DNA of 64,000 nucleotides from Acidobacteriota bacterium (GTDB taxonomy: Bacteria > Acidobacteriota > UBA890 > WLXD01). This document shows positions 37,211-46,894 of the stretch, piece by piece. The position numbers and the translations under genes are program-made. Position 1 is the first letter of the stretch, and every line of letters begins with the position of its first letter. The stretch lies in the NCBI GenBank assembly GCA_963666055.2, contig CAXWPH010000006.1:128001-192000 (forward strand), given 5' to 3'. The notes beneath the pieces were generated by a model. The model did no database searches, had not been told where the DNA came from, and worked only from the letters and a program-made list of their open reading frames with translations.

Positions 37211-37268
37211 GCATCTGACCCCAACTCGTCGTAACCAGGCCCACAACACTTCCACCACGGCCTGCTAG
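37211..37268 (+). mobile_element. right-end fragment of the 25.3-kb MITE
   Basis: 53/58 identical to 25488-25545, ending in CACCACGGCCTG-CTAG; begins 6 nt after the htpX stop. Confidence 0.85.
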
Positions 37269-37365
37269 GCCGCGAACGCCCCCAGCCGACGAACCCTGAT
37301 CAATCCTGTGCCGCAACGTGCGTCAGAGCGCGATACGAGTTTTTTCGGGGGAAGGCGACGATTAC

Positions 37366-37424
37366 TTGACATGCGCTCCGCTGCTCCCTATAGTCCGGCA
37401 GTGGATCAAAGTGGGCTGAGGTGG
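37366..37424 (+). promoter_or_regulatory. dcw promoter plus MraZ binding repeats
   Basis: TTGACA-N17-TATAGT (37366-37394); GTGG at 37401, 37411 and 37421 (10-bp period). Confidence 0.85.
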
Positions 37425-37477
37425 TACTCATACCCCAAAAACAGTCGGAATTGCCTTGATTTGGGGCTCGGTGTCGG

Positions 37478-37918
37478 ATGCTCAGGGGGAATCATCCAGC
37501 AACGGTGGATGCGAAGCACCGCATCAAGATACCGACCGCTTTTCGCAACGTAATCCGGGAGACCTACGGTGACGACTTCTTCCTCACCAGCTTCACCGGG
37601 GAGAACGTTCTCGCCTATCCACTGCCGGAATGGGGCCGCGTGGAAGAACGCTTGCAGGCTATCCCGAGCATGAACCCCTCCCGTCAGAAGCTCCTGTCAC
37701 GGGTCAATTACTACGGAGCGTTGGCCTCGATGGACCGGCAGGGCCGCGTTCTGGTGCCGCCGCTCCTGCGCGTTGCCTCCGCGGTCGACGGCGAGGTAGT
37801 GGTGATGGGCCAGCTGACCCATCTCGAGATCTGGAACCACGAGGCCTTCCGACAGCGGCTGGCTGACAGCCCGCTGACCATCGACGACCTGCAGATCCTC
37901 GCGGACATGGGGGTATGA
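37478..37918 (+). CDS. mraZ: division/cell wall cluster transcriptional regulator MraZ
   Basis: DAKHRIKIP and DRQGRVLVP repeats, HLEIW. Confidence 0.95.
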   Translation: MLRGNHPATVDAKHRIKIPTAFRNVIRETYGDDFFLTSFTGENVLAYPLPEWGRVEERLQAIPSMNPSRQKLLSRVNYYGALASMDRQGRVLVPPLLRVASAVDGEVVVMGQLTHLEIWNHEAFRQRLADSPLTIDDLQILADMGV

Positions 37919-38940
37919 CCATGGTCATGAGCCGCAGCATCCCGCTCAGCCTGGCTACATTGGCGCCGCCGGGACACGACATGGCGCAGCGCGGACGACG
38001 TTTGCGCAATGCTGCCGAGGTGCACACACCGGTCATGCGCGATGAGGTACTCGAACATCTGCGTGCCGCACCTAGTGGCACGATGGTCGACGGCACGCTG
38101 GGGCTCGGCGGCCATGCGGACGCGCTGCTGGAGGCGCGCGACGACATTCACCTGATCGGTATCGATCGCGACTCCGATGCTCTCGAGCTCGCCGATCTTC
38201 GCCTGGCGCGATGGTCTGGGAGATACGAGCTGTGCCGCGCCGACTATCGCGCTCTTTCTGAGATGAGCAGCGCCCGTGGCTGGGAACCCATCTCAGCCAT
38301 TCTTATCGATCTGGGGGCCTCGTCGTTGCAGCTCGATACGGCCGAGCGCGGCTTCTCGTTCCGGCTCGAGGGGCCGCTCGACATGCGTATGGATCGGCGA
38401 CAGCCGCGCACAGCGGCCGACGCGATCAATCGACTCTCCGGCGACGAGCTGCGCTCGCTGATCCGCGACTACGGGGAAGAAGTCCATGCAGCGCGCATAG
38501 CACGCGCCATCGTCAAGGCTCGGGAGATCGAGCCGATCACCACGACCACGCGTCTTGCCAAGATCATCGATGCCGCGGTGCCCCAGCGTGGCCCTCGACG
38601 GATTCATCCGGCTACGCGCACTTTCCAGGCCCTGCGGATCGCCACAAACGACGAGCTTGGTGGGCTGCAGGAGTTCGTCGTTGGAGCGAGCCGGCTACTC
38701 GTCCGCGGTGGCCGACTGATTGTTTTGGCATTTCATTCGCTGGAAGACCGTGCCATCAAGCGTGCGTTCAAGCACCTGGCCAGCGACTGTGAGTGCCCGC
38801 CAGAGCTACCGCAGTGCGTCTGCGACAAGCGCTCTGAAGTCAAGATTCTGACCTCGCGACCGCTAAGGCCTAGTGAGGACGAGGTCGCCTCGAACCGACG
38901 TGCGCGCAGCGCCAAGATGCGCGTGCTGGAACGGATCTAA
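37915..38940 (+). CDS. rsmH: 16S rRNA m4C1402 methyltransferase
   Basis: HTPVM, DGTLGLGGH, DLGASSLQLD, HPATRTFQALRI, FHSLEDR. Confidence 0.96.
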   Translation: MTMVMSRSIPLSLATLAPPGHDMAQRGRRLRNAAEVHTPVMRDEVLEHLRAAPSGTMVDGTLGLGGHADALLEARDDIHLIGIDRDSDALELADLRLARWSGRYELCRADYRALSEMSSARGWEPISAILIDLGASSLQLDTAERGFSFRLEGPLDMRMDRRQPRTAADAINRLSGDELRSLIRDYGEEVHAARIARAIVKAREIEPITTTTRLAKIIDAAVPQRGPRRIHPATRTFQALRIATNDELGGLQEFVVGASRLLVRGGRLIVLAFHSLEDRAIKRAFKHLASDCECPPELPQCVCDKRSEVKILTSRPLRPSEDEVASNRRARSAKMRVLERI

Positions 38941-38954
38941 GGAGGAAGGATCGC

Positions 38955-39078
38955 GGAGAGTCGAGGATCTGTGGCTCCATGGCCAGCTAGTAACCCATGT
39001 GTTGTAAAAAATGCCTCCCTTTACAACCCTGGCTAGCTTTCGCCCCAGGCCATTGGAGCCACAGACCCCCGACTCTCC
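38955..39078. repeat. nested palindromic insert between rsmH and ftsL
   Basis: ~30-bp imperfect IR (38955-38984/39048-39078) enclosing a CTAG..CTAG unit (38987-39036) with inner IR GTTGTAAA/TTTACAAC. Confidence 0.75.
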
Positions 39079-39099
39079 CGGCAGCCCTCCGGCGACGGA

Positions 39100-39486
39100 G
39101 TGAGCGACTTGTCCCGCATCGCGAACCGGCCTCTGATCAAGGCGCGTGAGCCGAACCGTTTCAGCGACCTCGGACAAGCCTTCGCCGGCATCCTGCTGCT
39201 GACCATACCGGCATTCCTCTACACTTCCCAGCGCGCCGATGTGCGCGAGTCCCGACGGCAGACGGGGAACCTCGAGGCAACCTTGCTGCAATTGCAGCAG
39301 GAGCGCAAGTTGCTCGAGTTGGAGCTTCAGACCGAGCTCGATCCGCGCGCGTTGGAGCAAAAAGCACGCACCATCGCCGGTCTCCGCAACCCTGAAGACG
39401 GCCAGGTAGAGCATCTGCCTCGCGTCTACGGCAACGCCGGGGGCAACGGGAGCATCGCAACGGTGGCGACCGATGGTCATCCGTAG
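39100..39486 (+). CDS. ftsL: cell division protein FtsL-like
   Basis: short cytoplasmic N-terminus, one TM, leucine-heptad coiled coil; lies between rsmH and ftsI. Confidence 0.78.
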   Translation: MSDLSRIANRPLIKAREPNRFSDLGQAFAGILLLTIPAFLYTSQRADVRESRRQTGNLEATLLQLQQERKLLELELQTELDPRALEQKARTIAGLRNPEDGQVEHLPRVYGNAGGNGSIATVATDGHP

Positions 39487-41314
39487 CCTCGGACGCGACC
39501 ACTCTCACGATACCCAGCGCAGCCGTGCGATGCTGCTGCTGGCCATGGCCACGGTCTGGGGACTTGTGCTGCTTGGCCGGCTGAGCTACCTACAGCTTTA
39601 CCTTCACGATGCGTTGGTCGAGCGCGCCGCAAGCCAGCAAACAAGGGTCATCGAGCTAGCTGGGCGGCGGGGTGACATCTTCGCCCGCGGCGGCGAGACA
39701 TTGGCGACCAGCATCCAGCTGGGCTCGATCTATGCGCAGCCACCGAAGATCGACGACCCCTTGGCGACCGCCCAGCTGCTGGCACCCGCCCTAGAGCTAC
39801 CGGTAGAAGCGCTTGCCGAAGCGCTTTCGCGCCAACGGCCGTTCGTCTACCTGCGACGCAAGGCTCGCCCGGAAACGACGGCCGAGGTATCGCGGATCGT
39901 CAGGCACGAGCATCTGCGAGGTATCGGGGTGCTGCCCGAGTCGAGGCGCTACTACCCTCACCGTTCACTCGCCGCGCACGTGATCGGCGCCGTGGATATC
40001 GACAACGCCGGCCGATTCGGCATCGAGCGCCACTACGACGACCTCATCGCAGGGCAACCTGGCGCATTCAACAGCCTACGTGACGGCTGGCGCAACGTCA
40101 TCGGCACGAGGGGCGCCCTGATGGAGGATCCGACGCGCGGTCACGATCTGGTGCTCACCGTCGATTGGGGGCTGCAGTACGCCGCGGAGGAAGCGCTTCG
40201 ACGTGCTGTGCTCGACAAGCACGCGGTGGGGGGTAGCATCGTCGCGATGGATCCGAGTACAGGCGCCGTCCGCGCCATGGCCAGCTTCCCGACACTCAAC
40301 CTCAACGACAACAACGACCCTGCTTTTCTGGCCCACGCGCGCAACAACAGCGTCTCGTTCACCTTCGAGCCGGGCTCGATCTTCAAGGTAATCACTGCGG
40401 CGGCCGCGTTGCACGAGGGCGTGGTGGACGAAGACGAGCTGATCGATTGCGAGGGCGGTACATACCGCGTCGCCAACCACACGTATCACGATTGGAAGCC
40501 GGGCTTCGGCATAATGCCCTTCCGAGACGTGCTCACGTACTCCAGCAACGTCGGCACTATCAAGGTCTGCCAACGGCTGGCGCCGCAGACTTTCTACTCG
40601 TGGATCCGTGACTTCGGATTCGGGAGCCGCACTGGTGTCGATCTACCGAACGAGGAGCCTGGCCGCGTCCGCGCGCCTGAAGATTGGTCGAAGCTGTCAC
40701 AATCGTCGTTGGCTTTCGGGCAGGAGCTCTCGACTACTCCCATCCAGCTGACCACCGCCATTGCCGCCATCGCCAACGGCGGCTTGCTGTTGCGTCCCTA
40801 CCTCGTCGAGCAAGTCCGCGACCGGGACGGTAACCTCCGCGCCGAGATCGAACATGCACACGGTAAGATCAAACTGGGTCAGTCTCAGGTGCGGCGCAGG
40901 GTGCTCAAGCAATCGATCGCACGTCGTGTGGCACTGGTGATGGAACGAGTGGTCTCGGTGGGAACCGGAAAGCCCGCAGGGATCCGCGGCTATCGGATCG
41001 CCGGCAAGACCTCGACAGCGGAGAAATACGACCCGTCGACGCGTCGTTATTCGAAGTACGTAGCCGCTTTTGCCGGGTTCTTACCTGCCGCCGACCCGCG
41101 GCTGGTGATCCTGGTCGTCATCGACGAGCCGAAGCGCGGCTACGGTCACGGCGGATCGCAAGCTGCCGCGCCGGCGTTCCGCGCCGTCGCCGATGCAGCG
41201 ACGCGGATCTTCCGGATTGCACCCGAGGATTTCTCGGTACCCGAGGAATGGGTAACCGACGGCCCGGAAATGGCCCCGAATACAAGGCTCGGATCGATCT
41301 CACCGGTGCCGTAG
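39473..41314 (+). CDS. ftsI: penicillin-binding protein 3 (transpeptidase)
   Basis: RRGDIF, EPGSIFK (SxxK), SSN, AGKTS. Confidence 0.94.
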   Translation: MVIRSLGRDHSHDTQRSRAMLLLAMATVWGLVLLGRLSYLQLYLHDALVERAASQQTRVIELAGRRGDIFARGGETLATSIQLGSIYAQPPKIDDPLATAQLLAPALELPVEALAEALSRQRPFVYLRRKARPETTAEVSRIVRHEHLRGIGVLPESRRYYPHRSLAAHVIGAVDIDNAGRFGIERHYDDLIAGQPGAFNSLRDGWRNVIGTRGALMEDPTRGHDLVLTVDWGLQYAAEEALRRAVLDKHAVGGSIVAMDPSTGAVRAMASFPTLNLNDNNDPAFLAHARNNSVSFTFEPGSIFKVITAAAALHEGVVDEDELIDCEGGTYRVANHTYHDWKPGFGIMPFRDVLTYSSNVGTIKVCQRLAPQTFYSWIRDFGFGSRTGVDLPNEEPGRVRAPEDWSKLSQSSLAFGQELSTTPIQLTTAIAAIANGGLLLRPYLVEQVRDRDGNLRAEIEHAHGKIKLGQSQVRRRVLKQSIARRVALVMERVVSVGTGKPAGIRGYRIAGKTSTAEKYDPSTRRYSKYVAAFAGFLPAADPRLVILVVIDEPKRGYGHGGSQAAAPAFRAVADAATRIFRIAPEDFSVPEEWVTDGPEMAPNTRLGSISPVP

Positions 41315-41339
41315 CGACGGGCTGGCGGTTGGAGTTGGG

Positions 41340-41361
41340 GCCGTCTTCGCGACGGCTTTTT
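41340..41361 (+). terminator. intrinsic terminator-like hairpin between ftsI and murE
   Basis: GCCGTC-TTCGC-GACGGC-TTTTT. Confidence 0.5.
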
Positions 41362-41431
41362 GTCGTTGCCGAGGCGGCGGCAGACATTGGGGGGCCTTGT
41401 GGCCCTCGAGACGGATAGCGCGACCGAGGGA

Positions 41432-42940
41432 ATGGGGCAACAGCTACGACTCGATGAGCTCTTGGCCGGCTGCGAGGCGAGCTTCGTGGGCGACCCAACG
41501 ATCGAAGTAACGGGGATCGCCTACGACTCGCGACGCGTCGGCTCCGGCGACGTTTTCGTGGCTATCCCGGGCTTCGTACACGACGGGCTCGAGTTCGCTC
41601 CTGAAGCCGTCCGACACGGCGCTGTGGCGATCGTGGCGGAACGCTCCCGATCGAGCCTCGAGGACGATGCTTTCACCGGTACTTGGGCGCAGGTGCGCTC
41701 GACACGTCGCACTCTCGCCGCTCTCGCGTGCCGCTGGCACGGTAACCCGAGCGAACGTCTGATGGTGGTGGGGGTAACGGGGACAAACGGGAAGACGACG
41801 GTAACCGCTCTCCTCGAAGCGATCCTCGCTGGCCGCGCTCCCGTTGGCCGCTGGAGCACGACCCAGGTGCGGATTGCCGGCGACTCCTCCCCGACGCTTC
41901 GTACGACCCCAGAGGCGCCCGAGCTGCAGGCGGCAATGGCACGCATGCTCGATGCCGGGTGTCGAGCCGCCGTCATCGAGGTCTCCTCGCACGCCTTGCG
42001 GCTCGATCGCGTCACCGGCACGCGGTTCGTCGCCGCCACGTTCACCAACCTGTCACCGGACCACCTCGACTTCCATCGGGACATGGACGACTACCTCGAC
42101 GCCAAGGCGACGTTGTTCGAGGCCTTGCCGTCGGATGCGCCAGCAGTTCTGAACGCCTCCGACCCCGTTGCCCCGCGCCTGGCCGAGCGCGTTAGCGGAC
42201 GCACGGTGACCTACGGCTGGGCCGGAAGTGCGGGCGCGCCCCCAGACTATTGCCTCGACCGCTTCGACTCGCGTCCCGGCGGCTCGAGGCTATACCTGAC
42301 GACGCCGGCGTCCGAGGGCTGCATCGACACTCCGCTATTCGGTAGGGCGAACGCCGAGAACATAGCCGCGGCCGTAGCCACGGCGATGGAGCTCGGTTTC
42401 TCGCTCGACGAGGTCCGTCAGGCAGTGTCCGGGTTCAGCGGCGAGCCTGGGCGCCTACAGGCGGTCGACGCTGGCCAGCCGTTTCACGTACTGATCGATT
42501 TCGCCCACACGCCAGGAGCTCTTCACGCGGCTTTGGAAGCGGCACGCGGTATTGTCGATAGAGGGCGGGTCATCGTTGTCTTCGGTTGCGGCGGCGATCG
42601 CGACCGCACCAAGCGGCCCCTCATGGGCGGTATCGCCGCCGACGGGGCGGCCGTAGCGGTGGTGACATCCGATAACCCGCGAAGCGAGGACCCGGAGACG
42701 ATCATCGACGAGGTTGTTGCCGGTATCGGCTCGAACCCTCGTGCGGACATTCACGTCGAGGCCGACCGCGCCACCGCCATCGACCTGGCGCTGGCCATGG
42801 CGGCGCCGGGAGATTGCGTTCTCATTGCCGGCAAGGGCCACGAGACCGAGCAGATCTTCGGCGACCGGACCGTTCCCTTCGACGACGCCGAGGTGGCCAC
42901 CACTTTCCTGGCACGGCGTGGTACGGAGATCTCGAGATGA
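41432..42940 (+). CDS. murE: UDP-MurNAc-tripeptide synthetase (meso-DAP type)
   Basis: GTNGKTT, EVSSHA, DFAHTP, DNPR, AGKGHE. Confidence 0.96.
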   Translation: MGQQLRLDELLAGCEASFVGDPTIEVTGIAYDSRRVGSGDVFVAIPGFVHDGLEFAPEAVRHGAVAIVAERSRSSLEDDAFTGTWAQVRSTRRTLAALACRWHGNPSERLMVVGVTGTNGKTTVTALLEAILAGRAPVGRWSTTQVRIAGDSSPTLRTTPEAPELQAAMARMLDAGCRAAVIEVSSHALRLDRVTGTRFVAATFTNLSPDHLDFHRDMDDYLDAKATLFEALPSDAPAVLNASDPVAPRLAERVSGRTVTYGWAGSAGAPPDYCLDRFDSRPGGSRLYLTTPASEGCIDTPLFGRANAENIAAAVATAMELGFSLDEVRQAVSGFSGEPGRLQAVDAGQPFHVLIDFAHTPGALHAALEAARGIVDRGRVIVVFGCGGDRDRTKRPLMGGIAADGAAVAVVTSDNPRSEDPETIIDEVVAGIGSNPRADIHVEADRATAIDLALAMAAPGDCVLIAGKGHETEQIFGDRTVPFDDAEVATTFLARRGTEISR

Positions 42941-44364
42941 TCTCGATGACCGTCGCCGAGCTGGCTGATGTTCTGGGCTGCGTTGTCGAGACAGGCAGCG
43001 CCAGCGGCGAGATCAACCGAGTGGTGATCGACTCGCGCAGCGTGCAGCGCGGCGATGCATTCGTCGCGATAGTCGGCCCACGCGATGATGGGCACCGCTA
43101 CCTACCTCAGGCTCTGGCGTCGGGAGCTGTCGCGGTGATTATCTCGCGCCGTGACGTGCTGGATCGCCTGGTCAATCCTCACGACGCCGGCATCGTTCGC
43201 GTCGAAGACACTACGGCGGCACTTCAGCGACTCGCCGGACACGTCCGCAAAGTGGTGGAGCCGACCGTCGTCGCGATCACCGGCAGCGTCGGCAAGACCA
43301 CGACCAAGGCATTGACCCACGAATTGTTGAAGGAGACGGAGTCGACACACGCTACACCCGGCAACTTCAACAACCAGTGGGGCCTTCCGCTTTCACTGCT
43401 CGGCCTGCGCCCGGATCACCGCTGGATGGTAGCTGAGCTCGGAATGAGCACGGCGGGTGAGATCGCCGCGCTGACTCGCCTGGCACGGCCGAGCATCGGG
43501 GTAATTACCAACGTTGCGCCGGTTCACATGGAGAACTTCAACGATCTCGCCGGGGTGGCTGCCGCGAAGCAGGAGCTCGCCGATGGGCTCCCGTCCGGCG
43601 GCACGCTGATCGTCAACGCCGACGATCTACACACGGCGGCCATGGGAACAACGCGGCAACAGCGCGCTGAGCCCACGATCCGCTACGGTGTACGACACGA
43701 CGCCGAGATATCGGCTCATCATGTGGAGACAGGAGCGACAACCTGGCACTTCGAGCTCCGATGTGGCCCTTCCGATGCCGCACTCGTTGAGCTACCGCTG
43801 CCCGGAGAGCACTCGATCTCCAACTTCCTCGCGGCAGCAGCCGTGGCGTTCACCCTGGGCATCGACGCCGCCACGATCGCGGCTCGCGCTCGGCACCTTA
43901 CGCTGCCAGCGATGCGCGGGCAGGTACACCGGACCGACCGCGGCGTGGTGGTGATCGACGATAGCTACAATGCCTCGCCCGCCGCCATGCTTACCGCATT
44001 GGAGACGTTGGCCGGGACCGCCGGAACAGGCCGCAAGATCCTGGCGGTTGGCGACATGCTCGAGCTCGGAAGCTGGGCCGAAGACGCGCACCGCGAAGTT
44101 GGTTTGCACGCCGCCCATCTCGACGTTGACCACATTGTTACGGTCGGTCCGTTGGCTCGCGATATCGGCCACGGCGCACGCGCCGGCGGCATGGCGGCGG
44201 AGGCGATCACTGCCTTCAGCGTTTCCGACGAGGCGGCGGAGGCGATCGCAGCAATCGTTCGCCCCGGAGATACCGTATTGGTCAAGGGGTCGCGCGCTAT
44301 TCTCATGGAGCGCATCGTGCACACCCTGCTAAGGCCCACCGACGACAATGGAGTCTCCGCCTGA
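42937..44364 (+). CDS. murF: UDP-MurNAc-pentapeptide synthetase
   Basis: TGSVGKTTTK, NFNN, DDSYNASP, GDMLELG, VKGSR. Confidence 0.96.
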   Translation: MISMTVAELADVLGCVVETGSASGEINRVVIDSRSVQRGDAFVAIVGPRDDGHRYLPQALASGAVAVIISRRDVLDRLVNPHDAGIVRVEDTTAALQRLAGHVRKVVEPTVVAITGSVGKTTTKALTHELLKETESTHATPGNFNNQWGLPLSLLGLRPDHRWMVAELGMSTAGEIAALTRLARPSIGVITNVAPVHMENFNDLAGVAAAKQELADGLPSGGTLIVNADDLHTAAMGTTRQQRAEPTIRYGVRHDAEISAHHVETGATTWHFELRCGPSDAALVELPLPGEHSISNFLAAAAVAFTLGIDAATIAARARHLTLPAMRGQVHRTDRGVVVIDDSYNASPAAMLTALETLAGTAGTGRKILAVGDMLELGSWAEDAHREVGLHAAHLDVDHIVTVGPLARDIGHGARAGGMAAEAITAFSVSDEAAEAIAAIVRPGDTVLVKGSRAILMERIVHTLLRPTDDNGVSA

Positions 44365-44419
44365 TGACACCCGCCCCGCGTCGTCGCCGTCCGACTCCCG
44401 TCTTCAACCCAGGAAGCTG

Positions 44420-45505
44420 ATGCTGTACGAGTTGCTGGTTCCGCTGGCTGACTACTGGGGTCCCTTCAACGTCTTTCGCTATCTGACTTTCCGCGCCGCG
44501 CTCACCGCCGCATCGGCGCTGCTGGCTACGCTGGCGCTCGGGCCGTGGATGATCCGCCGCCTGCTCGCCGCTCAAATCGAAGAGCAGATCCGCTCCGACG
44601 GGCCCGCGTCGCATGCCCGCAAACGCGGCACACCGACCATGGGTGGAGCGCTCATCGTCAGCGCAGTCGGCGTCTCCACGCTCCTGTGGGCGGACCTGCG
44701 CAACGCGTTCGTATGGATCGCGCTGATCGGAACGCTCGGATTCGCCGCCATCGGGTTTCTGGACGACTACCTCGGCGCCGTTCATGCACGCCGGCGCGGC
44801 CTCTCGGCGCGGTCCAAGACAGCGATGATGATCGCGCTGTCCGGCGCGGTTGGCTTGACCCTGTGGACACTAGCTCAGCAGGGCTCGTTCACCACCCAGC
44901 TATCGGTGCCGTTCTTCAAGGAGATCAGCCCGCACCTGGGCGTGCTCTATGTACCTTTCACCGTGCTCGTGCTGCTGGCCTCGAGCAACGCGGTGAACCT
45001 CACGGATGGCCTCGATGGCTTGGCTACGGGCTGCGTGATGGTGGCGGCGGTTTCCTATACGGCGCTCGCATACATCGCGGGCCACGCGATCATCGCCGAG
45101 TACCTCGACATCATCTTCGTCGGCGACATAGCCGAGATAACGATTTTCGCTGCCGCCATCGTCGGAGCCTGCCTCGGTTTCCTCTGGTACAACTGCCACC
45201 CGGCACAGATCTTCATGGGCGATACCGGCTCGCTTGCCCTTGGCGGTGCTGTCGGCCTCATCGCACTGCTGATCAAACAGGAACTGGTGCTCGTGCTGGT
45301 GGGTGGCGTTTTCGTTCTCGAGACGCTGTCGGTGATGATCCAGGTCACCTCATTTCGGCTCACCGGACGCCGCGTGTTCCGCATGACACCGCTGCACCAT
45401 CACTTCGAGCTGGCGGGATGGTCGGAGCCACAGGTGGTGGTCCGCTTCTGGATTCTGGCGGTGCTCTTCGCGCTGATGTCATTGGCCACGCTGAAGCTAC
45501 GATGA
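44420..45505 (+). CDS. mraY: phospho-MurNAc-pentapeptide transferase
   Basis: GTPTMGG, FLDDY, NAVNLTDGLDGL, FMGDTGS, PLHHHFE. Confidence 0.97.
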   Translation: MLYELLVPLADYWGPFNVFRYLTFRAALTAASALLATLALGPWMIRRLLAAQIEEQIRSDGPASHARKRGTPTMGGALIVSAVGVSTLLWADLRNAFVWIALIGTLGFAAIGFLDDYLGAVHARRRGLSARSKTAMMIALSGAVGLTLWTLAQQGSFTTQLSVPFFKEISPHLGVLYVPFTVLVLLASSNAVNLTDGLDGLATGCVMVAAVSYTALAYIAGHAIIAEYLDIIFVGDIAEITIFAAAIVGACLGFLWYNCHPAQIFMGDTGSLALGGAVGLIALLIKQELVLVLVGGVFVLETLSVMIQVTSFRLTGRRVFRMTPLHHHFELAGWSEPQVVVRFWILAVLFALMSLATLKLR

Positions 45506-46863
45506 CCGGCCCCTGGGCAGGCAAGAAGGTCATCGTCGTCGGCGCTGGACGCAGCGGCGTAGCGGCGACCGAGTTGCTGGTCTACCTGGGGGCACGCGTG
45601 GCGCTGACCGACTTGCGCGCGCGGTCGGAGCTGACCGATACCACCGAGCTCGAGCGGCGCGGCGTCGAGCTGGCGCTCGGCAGTCACCCTGAAGCGATTT
45701 GGCGTGATGCAGACGCCGTAGTGGCTTCGCCCGGGATCCACCCGGAGGCACCACCCTTGCGCGCCGCACGCGCCGAGGGAATCACGCCGGTCAGCGAGGT
45801 AGAGCTCGCAAGCTCATATGCCAAGGCCCCGGCCGTGGCGATCAGCGGATCCAACGGCAAGAGCACGGTTACCAGCATGGTCGGAGCCATTCTGACCGAG
45901 AGCGACCTGGCCACGGCCGTCTGCGGCAACATCGGCGTGCCGTTCTCGCGCGTCGTCCGTCAGGTACTCCAAGGGGAGCGACACGTGGAGCGCTATGTTC
46001 TGGAGCTGTCGTCATTCCAGACTGAGACAATCGTTGATTTCCGGCCCCGCTGGGCGGGGCTGCTCAACATCAGCGCCGACCACCTCGACCGCCACGGCGA
46101 CTTCGAATCCTACGCCCAGGCCAAGCTACGACTGGTGGCTAACTGCACCAGCGACGACTGGCTCGTCTATGGTGCCGACGATCCCTGGCTCCGGCACCAT
46201 CTACCATCCATCCCCCACCCTGTACCCTTCGGCGCCACAGCAACGACGAGCAACATTGGCGCGTGGGTGACGGATGGACGCATTCAGTGGCGCGACCCGG
46301 ACGCCGTGGTGCACACCGTTGTCGACACCGACGAGCTGACGGTCATCGGTACCCACAACCAGATGAACGCGGCAGCGGCCGTGGCGTTGGCCTGCCTCGC
46401 CGGCGCGAGTCCGGCGAGTGCAGGCGCGGCGCTGCGTCGATTCGAGGGTCTCGAGCACCGTATGGAGCCCTGCGGCGTCGTGCGGGGCATCCGCTGCATC
46501 AACGACTCGAAGGCAACCAACGTTGGCGCCACCCTGGCGGCGCTCAACGGGATAGAAAGTCCCGTATGGCTGATCCTCGGCGGTCGCGACAAGGATTCCG
46601 AATTCGAGCGTCTCCGACCAGCGCTAGGCAACGTCCGCGGCGTCTTGCTCACCGGCGAGGCTTCGGAGCGCATCGCACAGGCGCTGGACGGCGCCGTGGC
46701 GATGATCGAGTGCGTCGACATCGAGCGCGCCGTTGAACTCGGCCTGGAGAACGCGTCCGCGGGTGAGGTGCTTTTGCTCGCGCCAGCCTGCACGAGCTTC
46801 GACCAGTACGACAATTTCGAACATCGAGGACGTCACTTCAAAGCCCTGATCGCGGCCCGCTAG
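45502..46863 (+). CDS. murD: UDP-MurNAc-L-Ala:D-Glu ligase
   Basis: GAGRSG, SGSNGKST, ELSSFQ, NDSKATN, PACTSFDQY. Confidence 0.96.
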   Translation: MTGPWAGKKVIVVGAGRSGVAATELLVYLGARVALTDLRARSELTDTTELERRGVELALGSHPEAIWRDADAVVASPGIHPEAPPLRAARAEGITPVSEVELASSYAKAPAVAISGSNGKSTVTSMVGAILTESDLATAVCGNIGVPFSRVVRQVLQGERHVERYVLELSSFQTETIVDFRPRWAGLLNISADHLDRHGDFESYAQAKLRLVANCTSDDWLVYGADDPWLRHHLPSIPHPVPFGATATTSNIGAWVTDGRIQWRDPDAVVHTVVDTDELTVIGTHNQMNAAAAVALACLAGASPASAGAALRRFEGLEHRMEPCGVVRGIRCINDSKATNVGATLAALNGIESPVWLILGGRDKDSEFERLRPALGNVRGVLLTGEASERIAQALDGAVAMIECVDIERAVELGLENASAGEVLLLAPACTSFDQYDNFEHRGRHFKALIAAR

Positions 46864-46894
46864 AGCGCTCAGGGGTAATCTGGGAGAGGGGCCG

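Noticed and set aside
44545-45501. Long N-terminal extensions on MurD, MurC, MurF, XdhC and PNP in the ORF track
   Set aside because: Artefacts of taking the first start codon; realistic starts lie at or near the upstream stop codons
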